NCBI GenBank assembly: GCA_964520615.1
Contig: CAZFNL010000011.1
Location: 1,123-65,122, forward strand
Origin: an uncultured Gammaproteobacteria bacterium
GTDB taxonomy: Bacteria > Patescibacteriota > Microgenomatia > 2-02-FULL-39-11
DNA length: 64,000 nucleotides
Direction of reading: 5' to 3'
Shown here: one piece after another, positions 1 to 9,317 of the stretch
Numbering within the stretch: position 1 is the first letter of the stretch
Layout of the letters: every line of letters begins with the position of its first letter
Program-made: the position numbers and the translations under genes
The notes under the pieces: generated by a model
What the model was told of the DNA's origin: nothing
The model's database searches: none
What the model saw: the letters and a program-made list of their open reading frames with translations, nothing else

Positions 1-5
1 CACGC

Positions 6-1379
6 TTGACGGCAGCCCTAGCTGAGGTAAAACTTCGTGATTTCGGACTGCAAAATCATATAAATACCGCAGATACTTCTCAAATCCTCCATTTCGGCCC
101 GTTTTCTGTTGAATTTGTCCACGTCACCCACTCTATCCCTGATGCCACAAATCTTATTATAAGGACTCCTGTGGGCATCTTTTATCACGGTAGCGATTAT
201 AAATTTGACTGGACTCCTATTGACGGACAGCAAACTGAAGTCGGGAAAATTGCCAGAGTTTCATCGGAAGGAATTCTCTGCCTTTTGTCTGATTGCGTCA
301 GAGTGGAATCGCCAGGCTATACATTGCCTGAAAGAATTATTGAGGATACTCTTGAGGAGGAACTGCGTAAATGCCGGGGGAAATTTATTTTCACTACCCA
401 ATCTTCAAACATATCAAGAATCCAACAGGCCATAAATGTAGCTGTACGCAACAACCGTAAAATCGCCTTTTTGGGCAGGTCTATCGTGGAAAATGTGGAT
501 GTCACGAAAAAACTGCACTACCTGGAATTTCCGGATATTTTTGTGGTCCAGGAAAAGGAATTGAAACGCTATAAACCGTCAGATCTTTTCCTTATTGTTA
601 CCGGCAGCCAAGCCCAGCCCAACGCCGCTTTATCAAGGATTGCTGACGGATCACACAAGTTTGTCTCCATAAATCCAGGAGACACAGTCATCTTTTCTGC
701 TGACCCAATCCCGGGTTATGAAAATGCAGTCCACGGACTTATTGATGAGCTTACTGCTAAAGGTGCCAAGGTGGCATATTCAGACATTATGGATGCGCTT
801 CATGTCTCAGGACATGGGGCAGCCAATGATTTAGCTCTTATGATCGGCCTTACCCGGCCAAAATTTATTCTTCCAATAGGAGGAACCATCAGGCAAATGC
901 GCCGATATGCTGATATGGCAAAAGAAATGGGTTACAAGGATAATCAGATCTTACTTCCGGGAGAAGGAGATGTTTTGGAATTTGATGGCACGGGCAATGT
1001 CAGGAAAGCGGAAAACATTGATCTGAAAAATGTGATGGTCGACGGTCTGGGAGTAGGAGACGTAGGTAATGTAGTCATACGGGACAGGCAGACGATGGCC
1101 AACGAAGGAATAGTTGTTGTAGTGGTGCCGGTGGAACAATCAACCGGACGGGTGACTGCAGAACCTGATATCATTTCCAGAGGTTTTGTCTATATGAAAG
1201 AATCCACACGCCTGATTGATGGGGCCAAAAAAGTAGTCACCAATTCGCTCCGTCTCAAAAAAGGACGCATCTTTGATTGGCAATTTGTCAGAAAACAGAT
1301 AGAGGGCCGTCTTGAGGAATTCCTTTATAAGGAAACACACCGCAGACCTCTTATAATATCAGTTGTAGTTGAAGTATAA
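6..1379 (+). CDS. rnj: Ribonuclease J (5'-truncated by window edge)
   Basis: Metallo-beta-lactamase/beta-CASP motifs HVTHSIPD, DYKFD, TGSQAQP, HVSGH, C-terminal VDGLGVGDVG..RDR and RRP. Confidence 0.95.
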   Translation: MTAALAEVKLRDFGLQNHINTADTSQILHFGPFSVEFVHVTHSIPDATNLIIRTPVGIFYHGSDYKFDWTPIDGQQTEVGKIARVSSEGILCLLSDCVRVESPGYTLPERIIEDTLEEELRKCRGKFIFTTQSSNISRIQQAINVAVRNNRKIAFLGRSIVENVDVTKKLHYLEFPDIFVVQEKELKRYKPSDLFLIVTGSQAQPNAALSRIADGSHKFVSINPGDTVIFSADPIPGYENAVHGLIDELTAKGAKVAYSDIMDALHVSGHGAANDLALMIGLTRPKFILPIGGTIRQMRRYADMAKEMGYKDNQILLPGEGDVLEFDGTGNVRKAENIDLKNVMVDGLGVGDVGNVVIRDRQTMANEGIVVVVVPVEQSTGRVTAEPDIISRGFVYMKESTRLIDGAKKVVTNSLRLKKGRIFDWQFVRKQIEGRLEEFLYKETHRRPLIISVVVEV

Positions 1380-1386
1380 TTTTTCC

Positions 1387-2100
1387 ATGAAAGTTTTAAT
1401 AATTAAAAATATCTCCCGTGAGGGTCCGGGAATTCTCCTGCAGCTTCTAGATCAGTATCTTATTAAATATGATCTTACAGATATAAGTAGAAATGAAATA
1501 ATACCTGATCCAATCAGTTACAATGCAATGTTTGTTTTTGGCGGACCGTCCAGTGCCAACGACACGACACAACGTATGACGGATGAATTGGCCAAAATCA
1601 AAACTGCAGTAAATTCCCATATCCCTTATTTTGGCTTTTGCCTGGGGATGCAAACTCTGGTCAAAGCCATTGGAGGGAAAGTGCTGAAAAACCCCATACC
1701 GGAAATCGGCTGGAAGGATAACAACGATAAATATTACAGCATTGATCTCACTCCCGCAGGAATGAAAGATGCTTTATTTTCAGGATTGGCTTCACCTCTA
1801 CCCATTTTCCAACTGCACGGTGAAACTGTTGAGCTTACCTCAAATATGAAGATTTTAGCAACCGGAAAACATTGTAAGACACAAGTGATAAAAGTCGGGG
1901 AAAAAGCTTATGGAACTCAGGGACATCCGGAACTGACAGATGAAATGTTTGAGTTATGGCTATCAGAGGATGATGATCTCAAAAAGTTAGACAAATATAA
2001 ATTAAGAAGTGACTGGCACCGGATAAGAATTGAATATGAAACAAACGGAAAACAACTACTCACTAATTTCCTCAAAATAGCTAACCTGGTAAGTATTTAA
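1387..2100 (+). CDS. Type 1 glutamine amidotransferase (GuaA-like GATase domain)
   Basis: GGPSSAND, GFCLGMQ (catalytic Cys), QGHPE triad motif; ATG 1387 preferred over ORF-track start 1369. Confidence 0.9.
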   Translation: MKVLIIKNISREGPGILLQLLDQYLIKYDLTDISRNEIIPDPISYNAMFVFGGPSSANDTTQRMTDELAKIKTAVNSHIPYFGFCLGMQTLVKAIGGKVLKNPIPEIGWKDNNDKYYSIDLTPAGMKDALFSGLASPLPIFQLHGETVELTSNMKILATGKHCKTQVIKVGEKAYGTQGHPELTDEMFELWLSEDDDLKKLDKYKLRSDWHRIRIEYETNGKQLLTNFLKIANLVSI

Positions 2101-2300
2101 TTTTTTGTAAAAGTCCGGCCGTCTGGAGTTTTGCAGATTTGAGGACTTGATTGTATAACCGGATATCCCGCCTCGGCACATGAGCCAAAATCTTTTACAA
2201 TTTCAAGTTTTTCCCTAGGACTTTGAACAAAAAGCAGAATTGTCAAAAGTAAAATTATTGCAATAGCTCCAGCTGCAACAAATATTTTTATTGCTTTCAT
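2097..2300 (-). CDS. Small membrane-anchored protein with Cys-pair module
   Basis: N-terminal TM helix then FGSCAEAGYPVIQSSPQICKTPDGRTF, a short disulfide module recurrent in CPR surface proteins. Confidence 0.75.
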   Translation of the reverse strand: MKAIKIFVAAGAIAIILLLTILLFVQSPREKLEIVKDFGSCAEAGYPVIQSSPQICKTPDGRTFTKN

Positions 2301-2753
2301 GCTATCTTATATTATCAGAAAATATCGCTCATACCATATTATACCCGGAGTTTCTGGATATTAAATTCTATAACTTATTCAATCTGACGCTGACAGAACC
2401 TCCATTAATACCATGGATTTGTATGGATACTTGATGACCGACAACATTTTCCGGTAAGTCTAAACAGTTTGCATCATGAAGACTCATGAATTTATCTTTA
2501 TTTGCCCTTGCCATACTTTTTGCCGCCTAAACTTCTTTTTGACCCGGACGTGTCACTAATTTCCAATCTTCCAAACTGCTCACTATTTTCTTCTTCTGAA
2601 CACAAAATATATCAATTTTAACCAAATGAACTGTCCCCACCTCCATAAGAGGCCGTCTGTCTCTCTCCCATCTCATTTTATAAACCAAAGAGTTTTTAAC
2701 ATTTAGCCGTAAATAGTAATCCAGATAAAGTTATTTTTCCAGTAGAGATTATT

Positions 2754-3374
2754 TTAGGAAGGACAAGACATGTTTAACATTTCCTTTATTTTTCCAATCG
2801 ATCGCTTAGGATTATTGGAATCAAATAGGATTGTACTCCAACCCAAACTTTCTGCAACTTCCACATTTATTTTTAGATCATCAATAAACAATATCTCCCA
2901 ATGATTCACTTTTGCCTTTTTCCGTGCGTGTTCGTAGATTGCACGTTCGGGTTTGATTATTCCTATCTGACATGACTGGATTACCTCCGCGTAAGGCAGT
3001 TTTGGCACGAGTCCCTTTTCCAGTGAAAACTCGTATGTACCTTGGTGGATGTTTGTCAAAAGGCCAACCGGGATCTTTCTTATCAGATTTTTTACAAAGA
3101 CGTGTGTTTCTAAAATTGGCGAGAAACAGTTGAAAACAAAAGATTGTATATCGTCATTTTCATATTTCTCAAAATGCAAATCACTGGCTACTTTACCCCA
3201 TATTTCCTGTACACTAATCAACCCTCTGCAGGAAATCTCATCGTACTTGGCAAAACTTTCTGAAACTTCCTTTTCACTGTGTTGATATTTCCTGGCGACC
3301 TCCCCCAATGCTTTTCTCCATGAAAACATCACTCCGCCTATATCAAAATAGACAAATTTGATTTTGGAATTCAT
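2754..3374 (-). CDS. HAD-superfamily hydrolase
   Basis: Motif I FDIGGV, LLTN, KPE..IY, FIDD..NV. Confidence 0.9.
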   Translation of the reverse strand: MNSKIKFVYFDIGGVMFSWRKALGEVARKYQHSEKEVSESFAKYDEISCRGLISVQEIWGKVASDLHFEKYENDDIQSFVFNCFSPILETHVFVKNLIRKIPVGLLTNIHQGTYEFSLEKGLVPKLPYAEVIQSCQIGIIKPERAIYEHARKKAKVNHWEILFIDDLKINVEVAESLGWSTILFDSNNPKRSIGKIKEMLNMSCPS

Positions 3375-3416
3375 AACGAGATACCATTATACAATTTTCA
3401 GAAAAGTTTCCCAAAA

Positions 3417-3836
3417 TTATCTGAAAGCGATAAGAAATCCAAAACCTATAAAAACGAGCCCTATTAAAAGATTAACGGATAATGCCTCTCCCAAGATGAA
3501 AAAAGACGCAACCGCCCCAAAAAGAGGAATAAGCACCCAGAAAGTATTTATTTGCCAGATGGGAAGATAATTGAATGACTGTATGAGAAGAAAATATCCA
3601 AAGGCATTTATTATACCTGCCAAAGCCAGAATTAAAATGGCGTTTTTATTATCAAAAACATTCTGGTAAGAACGGCTTACTATAAAAAAAGGCAAAACGC
3701 TCAACCACAAAACTGCAATCTGTACAATCATTGTAGCAAATGAGTTTAGCCCAGCTTTTTTCAGAAGAGGATTCACAACTCCATAAGCGGCCATTGAAAC
3801 AACCATTAATGTAACACCTAATACAGTCTTACTCAT
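3417..3836 (-). CDS. EamA/DMT-family transporter (single domain)
   Basis: ~5 TM helices, C-terminal P.F....SFFILGE.L...L.G signature. Confidence 0.8.
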   Translation of the reverse strand: MSKTVLGVTLMVVSMAAYGVVNPLLKKAGLNSFATMIVQIAVLWLSVLPFFIVSRSYQNVFDNKNAILILALAGIINAFGYFLLIQSFNYLPIWQINTFWVLIPLFGAVASFFILGEALSVNLLIGLVFIGFGFLIAFR

Positions 3837-3928
3837 TTAAGTATCTCCAGTTTCTCATCTAATAAAAGATATTTCAATAATAATCTACAAAGAACTGATA
3901 CCGTTTACCTATCTGTTATAATGTATTT

Positions 3929-4318
3929 GTGGCTACTGACAATAAAAATATTAAAAACAAACTGACAAAAGAACAGTATAACATCTGTTTTCTCAAAGGT
4001 ACGGAGCCTCCATTTTCCGGAAAATATGTGGATAATCACGACAAAGGTATGTACGAATGCGTTTCCTGCAGACTGCCTCTTTTTTCCTCAACTGCCAAAT
4101 TCGATTCGGGTACCGGCTGGCCCAGCTTCTGGGAAGAAGTAAACGAAGGCAATCTGAGATTGGAAAGGGACAACTCTTTGGGGGAAAATCGAACAGAGGT
4201 ATGCTGCAGCCGATGTGGGGCTCATCTGGGACATGTCTTTTTTGATGGCCCCATGCCCACAGGAAAAAGATTTTGCATCAATTCTCTAGCTCTTGGATTC
4301 AAACCAGATATAAAATAA
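3929..4318 (+). CDS. msrB: Peptide-methionine (R)-S-oxide reductase MsrB
   Basis: [34 protein letters not shown], two CxxC. Confidence 0.97.
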   Translation: MATDNKNIKNKLTKEQYNICFLKGTEPPFSGKYVDNHDKGMYECVSCRLPLFSSTAKFDSGTGWPSFWEEVNEGNLRLERDNSLGENRTEVCCSRCGAHLGHVFFDGPMPTGKRFCINSLALGFKPDIK

Positions 4319-4357
4319 CCGTCAATCTCCTCCCGCTTATTGCCCTTAATTATCAGT

Positions 4358-5389
4358 CTATTTGAAAGGCGTCACATCACAATTATTGTTTGACTCATTA
4401 CAACCAATCTTTATCCAATCATAAAATACTCTTGGATCTCCTTCTATGGCGTAGATTACTTTATCCACATCACTGGTACCGGCATGTTTTATAGTTTCAT
4501 TTGATTCGGCCAAAAATTCATTACTTTGGCAGGAAGATGACGCTGTAGGAATAATATTTCTGATATCATTTAAATTGACAAAGGCCGTCATATTTTTTAT
4601 CGTTATGCTTTTCAGTATATTTGCCGTGTCACTTGAGAATATTGACGTGAAGCCATGGCTCTTCTCCTTGTCTGTCGGACCTTTATACAATTCTTCAAGC
4701 GATGTCTTTACTACGTCATAAGTAGGAATGATTTTTCTGTCTGCCGGATAGACCAAACTACAATTATGGTTACCATATGGAGATAAATTCCTATTGGCAT
4801 AAAAGACTGTAACTTTATCGGATGATATTCTTTTCTGTCTAGTCACAGAATTGCAATCAATACTGTTTATCCTCCAGCTTGTTCCAGAGATTCTCAATCC
4901 TACAGGAAACATCTCTTCCTCACTTCCAAAAGTTTCTATTAAGCTCACATTAGCACTAGTATCTGAACGTGAGGAAAGTTTTGTACTTATATCTTCTGGT
5001 TTTTTATCAGAACAATAAAAGGGGTCATACGGGAAAGAGGTAGATGGCGGTGAAACAGCAGATGCGATTTTAAGCTTTAGCTCCTCGCTTAAATAATTGC
5101 TGTCCTTATATGAAGTCTGGTCGTTCTGCTTCATATACCAATTATAAAAATTATTTACGGCTTTCTCTGGACTGTCTGAAACAATCACTGATGAGTCTTC
5201 CTGCAAACAGTTTTCGGATGGCATAGGTCGGGAAGGATTACCATGTTTTATCCACATTCCATTTTGGCATATCCATGTATCCTCATCGCCTCCCGTCAGA
5301 AACCGCAAGGATAGTATTAAACCAGCACCCAACATAATAAGAACAAGAAGAAATAGAAATACCGATAATCCTTTATTTAGAAATTTCAT
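4358..5389 (-). CDS. Membrane-anchored secreted protein, DUF3828-like plus GerMN-like domains
   Basis: N-terminal TM, WICQNGMWIKHGNP module, FYNWY...YDPFYC, LYKGPT..EK..GF.S typical of GerMN. Confidence 0.6.
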   Translation of the reverse strand: MKFLNKGLSVFLFLLVLIMLGAGLILSLRFLTGGDEDTWICQNGMWIKHGNPSRPMPSENCLQEDSSVIVSDSPEKAVNNFYNWYMKQNDQTSYKDSNYLSEELKLKIASAVSPPSTSFPYDPFYCSDKKPEDISTKLSSRSDTSANVSLIETFGSEEEMFPVGLRISGTSWRINSIDCNSVTRQKRISSDKVTVFYANRNLSPYGNHNCSLVYPADRKIIPTYDVVKTSLEELYKGPTDKEKSHGFTSIFSSDTANILKSITIKNMTAFVNLNDIRNIIPTASSSCQSNEFLAESNETIKHAGTSDVDKVIYAIEGDPRVFYDWIKIGCNESNNNCDVTPFK

Positions 5390-5480
5390 TAACAGTCTGA
5401 AGGTTATAACTCGTCCATCAGGGAAAAATGTATTTTAACACCTTTTTTCCCGTAATTCTATTTATTAGGTATAAGATAAG

Positions 5481-5984
5481 TCATCCTGACGGCTCCAGCG
5501 TCAGGAATGTGTAATGAAAGCTATTATGGTAACCTTCGCTTTTTGCCACAATTTTGGCAAAACGTGAATAGTCGGGGAAAAAAGTGTCAGCAGTCGGATA
5601 TCTACCCTGCACTACTGTCAGATAAAGCCTATCCACCAGGTTTATCGTTTGTTTATAAATCTGTCCTCCTCCAATAATAAAAATTTCTTTGCTACCGGTC
5701 TCTTTTGCTGTTTGCAATGCCGCCTCGACTGAACTTACCACTAGACATTGAGCTAATTTAAGAGAAATATCTCGGGAGACAACAATATTTATACGGTTGG
5801 GTAAAGGCCGGCCGATTGACTGATAAGTGGTTCGGCCCATAATGACCGGATGATATCTAGTCAATTCCTTAAACCTTTTTAAGTCATCAGGTATGTGCCA
5901 AAGCAGTTTGTTTTCTCGTCCCAATTCCCTATTTTCACCTATAGCTGCAATAATACCGACAATCTGGCTTTTAACATTTTTCAT
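5481..5984 (-). CDS. folA: Dihydrofolate reductase
   Basis: IAAIGENRELG..N.LLW, VIMGRTTYQSI, LP.R.NIV, IIGGGQIY, DTFFP. Confidence 0.97.
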   Translation of the reverse strand: MKNVKSQIVGIIAAIGENRELGRENKLLWHIPDDLKRFKELTRYHPVIMGRTTYQSIGRPLPNRINIVVSRDISLKLAQCLVVSSVEAALQTAKETGSKEIFIIGGGQIYKQTINLVDRLYLTVVQGRYPTADTFFPDYSRFAKIVAKSEGYHNSFHYTFLTLEPSG

Positions 5985-6025
5985 TCCTTATCCATGATTC
6001 TTACTTCTTAATTCATAATTCATAA

Positions 6026-6982
6026 TTAAAATCCTCCTACCACCGTTATCTCTCCTTTTATCGGCGGGTAAGGATCATACCCTTCAACGCTGAAGTGTTC
6101 AAAACGGAAATCATCTATCTTCCTAATTGAAGGATCAACTTTCATGACAGGAAAATGTCTGGGAGTGCGACTCAGTTGTTCTTTCACTTGGTCGAAATGG
6201 TTTTCATAAATATGTGCATCCCCAAATGTATGAATAAATTCTCCAGGTTTATATCCCGTCACCTGAGCCAACATTAGAGTAAGCAGGGCATAACTTGCAA
6301 TGTTAAAAGGCACTCCTAAAAACATGTCGGCGCTACGTTGGTAAAGAAGAAGAGAAAGTTTGTCACCGGTAATATTTATATGGTACATCGTGTGGCAGGG
6401 AGCAATTACCATGGATGCGGAGTGGCTGCCGGACATTTCATAAATACAGCCTGCATTCCAGGCAGAGATGACATAGTGTTTCTTTTGTGGATATTTTTTT
6501 ATCTTCTCTATTGCCCACCCCAACTGATCAACTGTCTTTTTGCCACCGGCTGGCCAGCGTCTCCACTGTACACCATAGACCGGCCCCAACTCTCCCCACT
6601 TAGCCAAGAATTTTTTATCTGACTGAATTTTTTGCAGAAACTCATCATAAGCCAATTTTTGCACCTTACCCTCATCAGTCGCCCACTGATATTTTTTATA
6701 AGCCCATTCATCCCAAATATGGACATTATTTTCCACCAGGTATTTTATATTTGAAGAACCGGAGAGAAACCAGATAAGTTCGTGAATTATTCCTCTAATG
6801 AATACTTTTTTTGTCGTCAAAAGAGGAAATCCTTTAGACAGGTCAAATCTTATCTGTCGTCCAAAAACGCTTTTTAGCTTGACACCTGTGGAATGGCTTA
6901 TTTTCCATTGCCCGTTATCCAAAATATCAGCAAGCAAGTTAAGATATTGGTATTCTGGATGGGATTTATCTTTTTGCGCCAT
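6026..6982 (-). CDS. thyA: Thymidylate synthase
   Basis: FPLLTTKK, IWDEWA, LGPVYGVQWR, APCH, YQRSADMFLGVPFNIASY, GDAHIY; adjacent to folA. Confidence 0.98.
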   Translation of the reverse strand: MAQKDKSHPEYQYLNLLADILDNGQWKISHSTGVKLKSVFGRQIRFDLSKGFPLLTTKKVFIRGIIHELIWFLSGSSNIKYLVENNVHIWDEWAYKKYQWATDEGKVQKLAYDEFLQKIQSDKKFLAKWGELGPVYGVQWRRWPAGGKKTVDQLGWAIEKIKKYPQKKHYVISAWNAGCIYEMSGSHSASMVIAPCHTMYHINITGDKLSLLLYQRSADMFLGVPFNIASYALLTLMLAQVTGYKPGEFIHTFGDAHIYENHFDQVKEQLSRTPRHFPVMKVDPSIRKIDDFRFEHFSVEGYDPYPPIKGEITVVGGF

Positions 6983-7265
6983 AGACAATTCTCTTTTTAT
7001 TATTTAACTCCAATATTTTAGTTTACTCCGAAGCGATAGTAAAGTAGAAAATTACCAATATAGAATAATAAAAGCGAAGCATGTGAAAATTTTTGAAAAT
7101 CGCATACGGAACGCTTATTCCAACTGAATATGTAGATAGTGATATGTAATTATATTCAATAATACACTTATTACAACGCACTGACAGAATTTCCCATCCT
7201 TGCGGACTAGAAAATTTTCATTGCGAGCTTTTAGAAAGTTAAGTGAAAATCGCTATATAATATAA

Positions 7266-7544
7266 ATGATGGCAAAAAAGAAAAACTGGTCAGGATATGT
7301 CATTAAACACAGCTTTGCTCTGGATCTTGAAGAAGGAGTCTTTACATGGGATGACCCCAAACGAATTGCGCTTTCGCTTAAACAAAGCGCCGAAAACAGC
7401 CTGCGCCGCAAAACTACACCATTTCAGTCAGCCATGTCCATGCTGAATTTCTATATCAACCGTGCCGGTAAGAAATTGCCGGAGGAAAAAAGGGCAATTT
7501 TAGAAAAGGCAAAAATAGAACTCAGGAAAGCATTCAAGAAATAA
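7266..7544 (+). CDS. DUF3175-like protein
   Basis: WS..V...S.ALDLEEGVFTWDDP..IA.SLK.SA..S.RRK..PFQSAMSMLNFYINRAG. Confidence 0.8.
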   Translation: MMAKKKNWSGYVIKHSFALDLEEGVFTWDDPKRIALSLKQSAENSLRRKTTPFQSAMSMLNFYINRAGKKLPEEKRAILEKAKIELRKAFKK

Positions 7545-7560
7545 TATCCTCCTTGTCATA

Positions 7561-8349
7561 TTAAGAATGACGCGTCAAGAGTCCTTTTTCTTTTACTATT
7601 ATGTACATGCGGTAAAAGAAAACGACAGCAACGACAATATAGATAAGATTTAACCCTAACGCCCAAACAAATTCATTCCATAAAAATGTCTTATGAAGGA
7701 TGGCACCGCGCATCCCTTCAAAAACATGTGAAACCGGGAAGATAAAAGCGATTTCCTTTACAGTATCCGGCAGGATTGATACAGGATACCAGACTGCCGC
7801 AAGCGGGGTAAAAAGCCAGGGCATACTCCAGGCAAAATCCTCGACTTTAGTCCCGTATCTCAAAATAAGCGCTGAAGTTATGATACCTATTGACCAGCCG
7901 AATATGACAAGGTTGCTAAAAAAGGCCCAGAGAGAAATCCCGAGAGTAAAAAGATTGAATGAGTAGAAAAGCATGGCGACAAATGACGCAGTCAAAAGGG
8001 TAGCAACAATTTTTATCAAGCCAAGAAACAATGTAGCTACCAGAAACTCCGAAGGCCGCAAGGGGGAGGCAAAAAGATTGGGCAGATTGCGTGACCAGAT
8101 ATCATCAAGAAGTGAGACCGATATAGACTTTGAAGTATTATTGAAAATACTCCAAAGAATCATTCCTGACAAAAACAGGCTGGCAAAAAAAGGAAATCCG
8201 CTAGTCGTCTGGTTAAGATACACACTTACAAAACCCCAGATAACTACATCCATTGCCGGCCAATAAAAAATTTCAGTCAATTTACCCAATTCCCTTTTTA
8301 TTAGGTAAAAATATCTCCACAATAATGCAATTACTCTATAGAATTTCAT
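7561..8349 (-). CDS. ABC-2 type exporter permease
   Basis: Six TM segments, YPVSILP..P.SHVFEGMR; overlaps ABC ATPase; SD AGGAGG before ATG 8349. Confidence 0.9.
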   Translation of the reverse strand: MKFYRVIALLWRYFYLIKRELGKLTEIFYWPAMDVVIWGFVSVYLNQTTSGFPFFASLFLSGMILWSIFNNTSKSISVSLLDDIWSRNLPNLFASPLRPSEFLVATLFLGLIKIVATLLTASFVAMLFYSFNLFTLGISLWAFFSNLVIFGWSIGIITSALILRYGTKVEDFAWSMPWLFTPLAAVWYPVSILPDTVKEIAFIFPVSHVFEGMRGAILHKTFLWNEFVWALGLNLIYIVVAVVFFYRMYIIVKEKGLLTRHS

Positions 8350-9103
8350 GCACACCTCCTGCAATTTTCAAAAACACTTCTTCAAGATCAGGCTCTTCCT
8401 TTTCTATTTTCAGTATATTTTTAGTCACTTCTGTCGGGTTACCCTTTGCAATAATTTTTCCTTTATGCAAAAGGACAAGATAATCACACATCTTTTCCAA
8501 TTCAGCCATATTATGAGAGGTATATATTATTGTCAAACTGCGTTCCTTCTGTATACTTTTCAAAATTTTCCTTGTCTTATCGGCAATATAAGGATCAAGA
8601 CTTGCAGTTGGCTCATCAAGAAAAAGCACTTCAGGATCGTTTATCAGTGACTTGCATAAATTTAATCTTGTTGCCTCACCCGAAGAAAGATTATTTACTC
8701 TCTGGTTTCTCAATTCCCATATCTCAAATCTTTCCATTAGTTCCCTTATCTTTTCTTTCAGAGAAGAAACATGATAAAGCTTGGCAAAGACCATGAGGTT
8801 TTCCCAGGCAGACAGCCTCCAATCCATATTGGTATAGCTGCTGGAAAAATTTATTTTCTGCAGTATCTCCTCAGTGTGTCCGGAAAAATCCAAACCGAAG
8901 ATTCTGATGGAACCGGACGAGGGAGTAATGAGGTTTAACAGCATTCTTATAGTTGTCGTCTTACCTGCACCATTTGGACCCAGTAGTCCCATAATTTCAC
9001 CTTCTTTTATAACAAACGATAATCTATCAACAGCGGTAAATCCGCCGGCTCGCCCATCGAATTTTTTAGTCAAGTCTTTTACTTCAACGATATTTTCTCC
9101 CAT
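8336..9103 (-). CDS. ABC transporter ATP-binding protein
   Basis: Walker A GPNGAGKTT, LSSGE signature, LFLDEPT, H-loop TSH. Confidence 0.95.
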   Translation of the reverse strand: MGENIVEVKDLTKKFDGRAGGFTAVDRLSFVIKEGEIMGLLGPNGAGKTTTIRMLLNLITPSSGSIRIFGLDFSGHTEEILQKINFSSSYTNMDWRLSAWENLMVFAKLYHVSSLKEKIRELMERFEIWELRNQRVNNLSSGEATRLNLCKSLINDPEVLFLDEPTASLDPYIADKTRKILKSIQKERSLTIIYTSHNMAELEKMCDYLVLLHKGKIIAKGNPTEVTKNILKIEKEEPDLEEVFLKIAGGVHEIL

Positions 9104-9152
9104 GTAAATCCCATTTTAACTTATGATTCTACGCTTCACAATGAAAAAGCAC

Positions 9153-9181
9153 TTGACATTGCGCTGATAATACTATAGGAT
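9153..9181 (+). promoter_or_regulatory. Putative sigma70 promoter upstream of ftsK
   Basis: TTGACA-N17-TAGGAT. Confidence 0.55.
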
Positions 9182-9317
9182 ATTAATACCTTTATCTTTT
9201 TTTAATGAAGATAATCCTGATATAATAAGCTAGAACTTATATCAAAATGAGTTGATTGTGAGTTATAGCTTTCATAGGATTAAAACCTAGGTTTTGATAT
9301 CAGTTTTACTACTGCCT

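Noticed and set aside
2375-2680. Two short minus-strand ORFs (~46-49 aa) as genes or a pseudogene
   Set aside because: No recognisable motifs or initiation signals; cannot be supported
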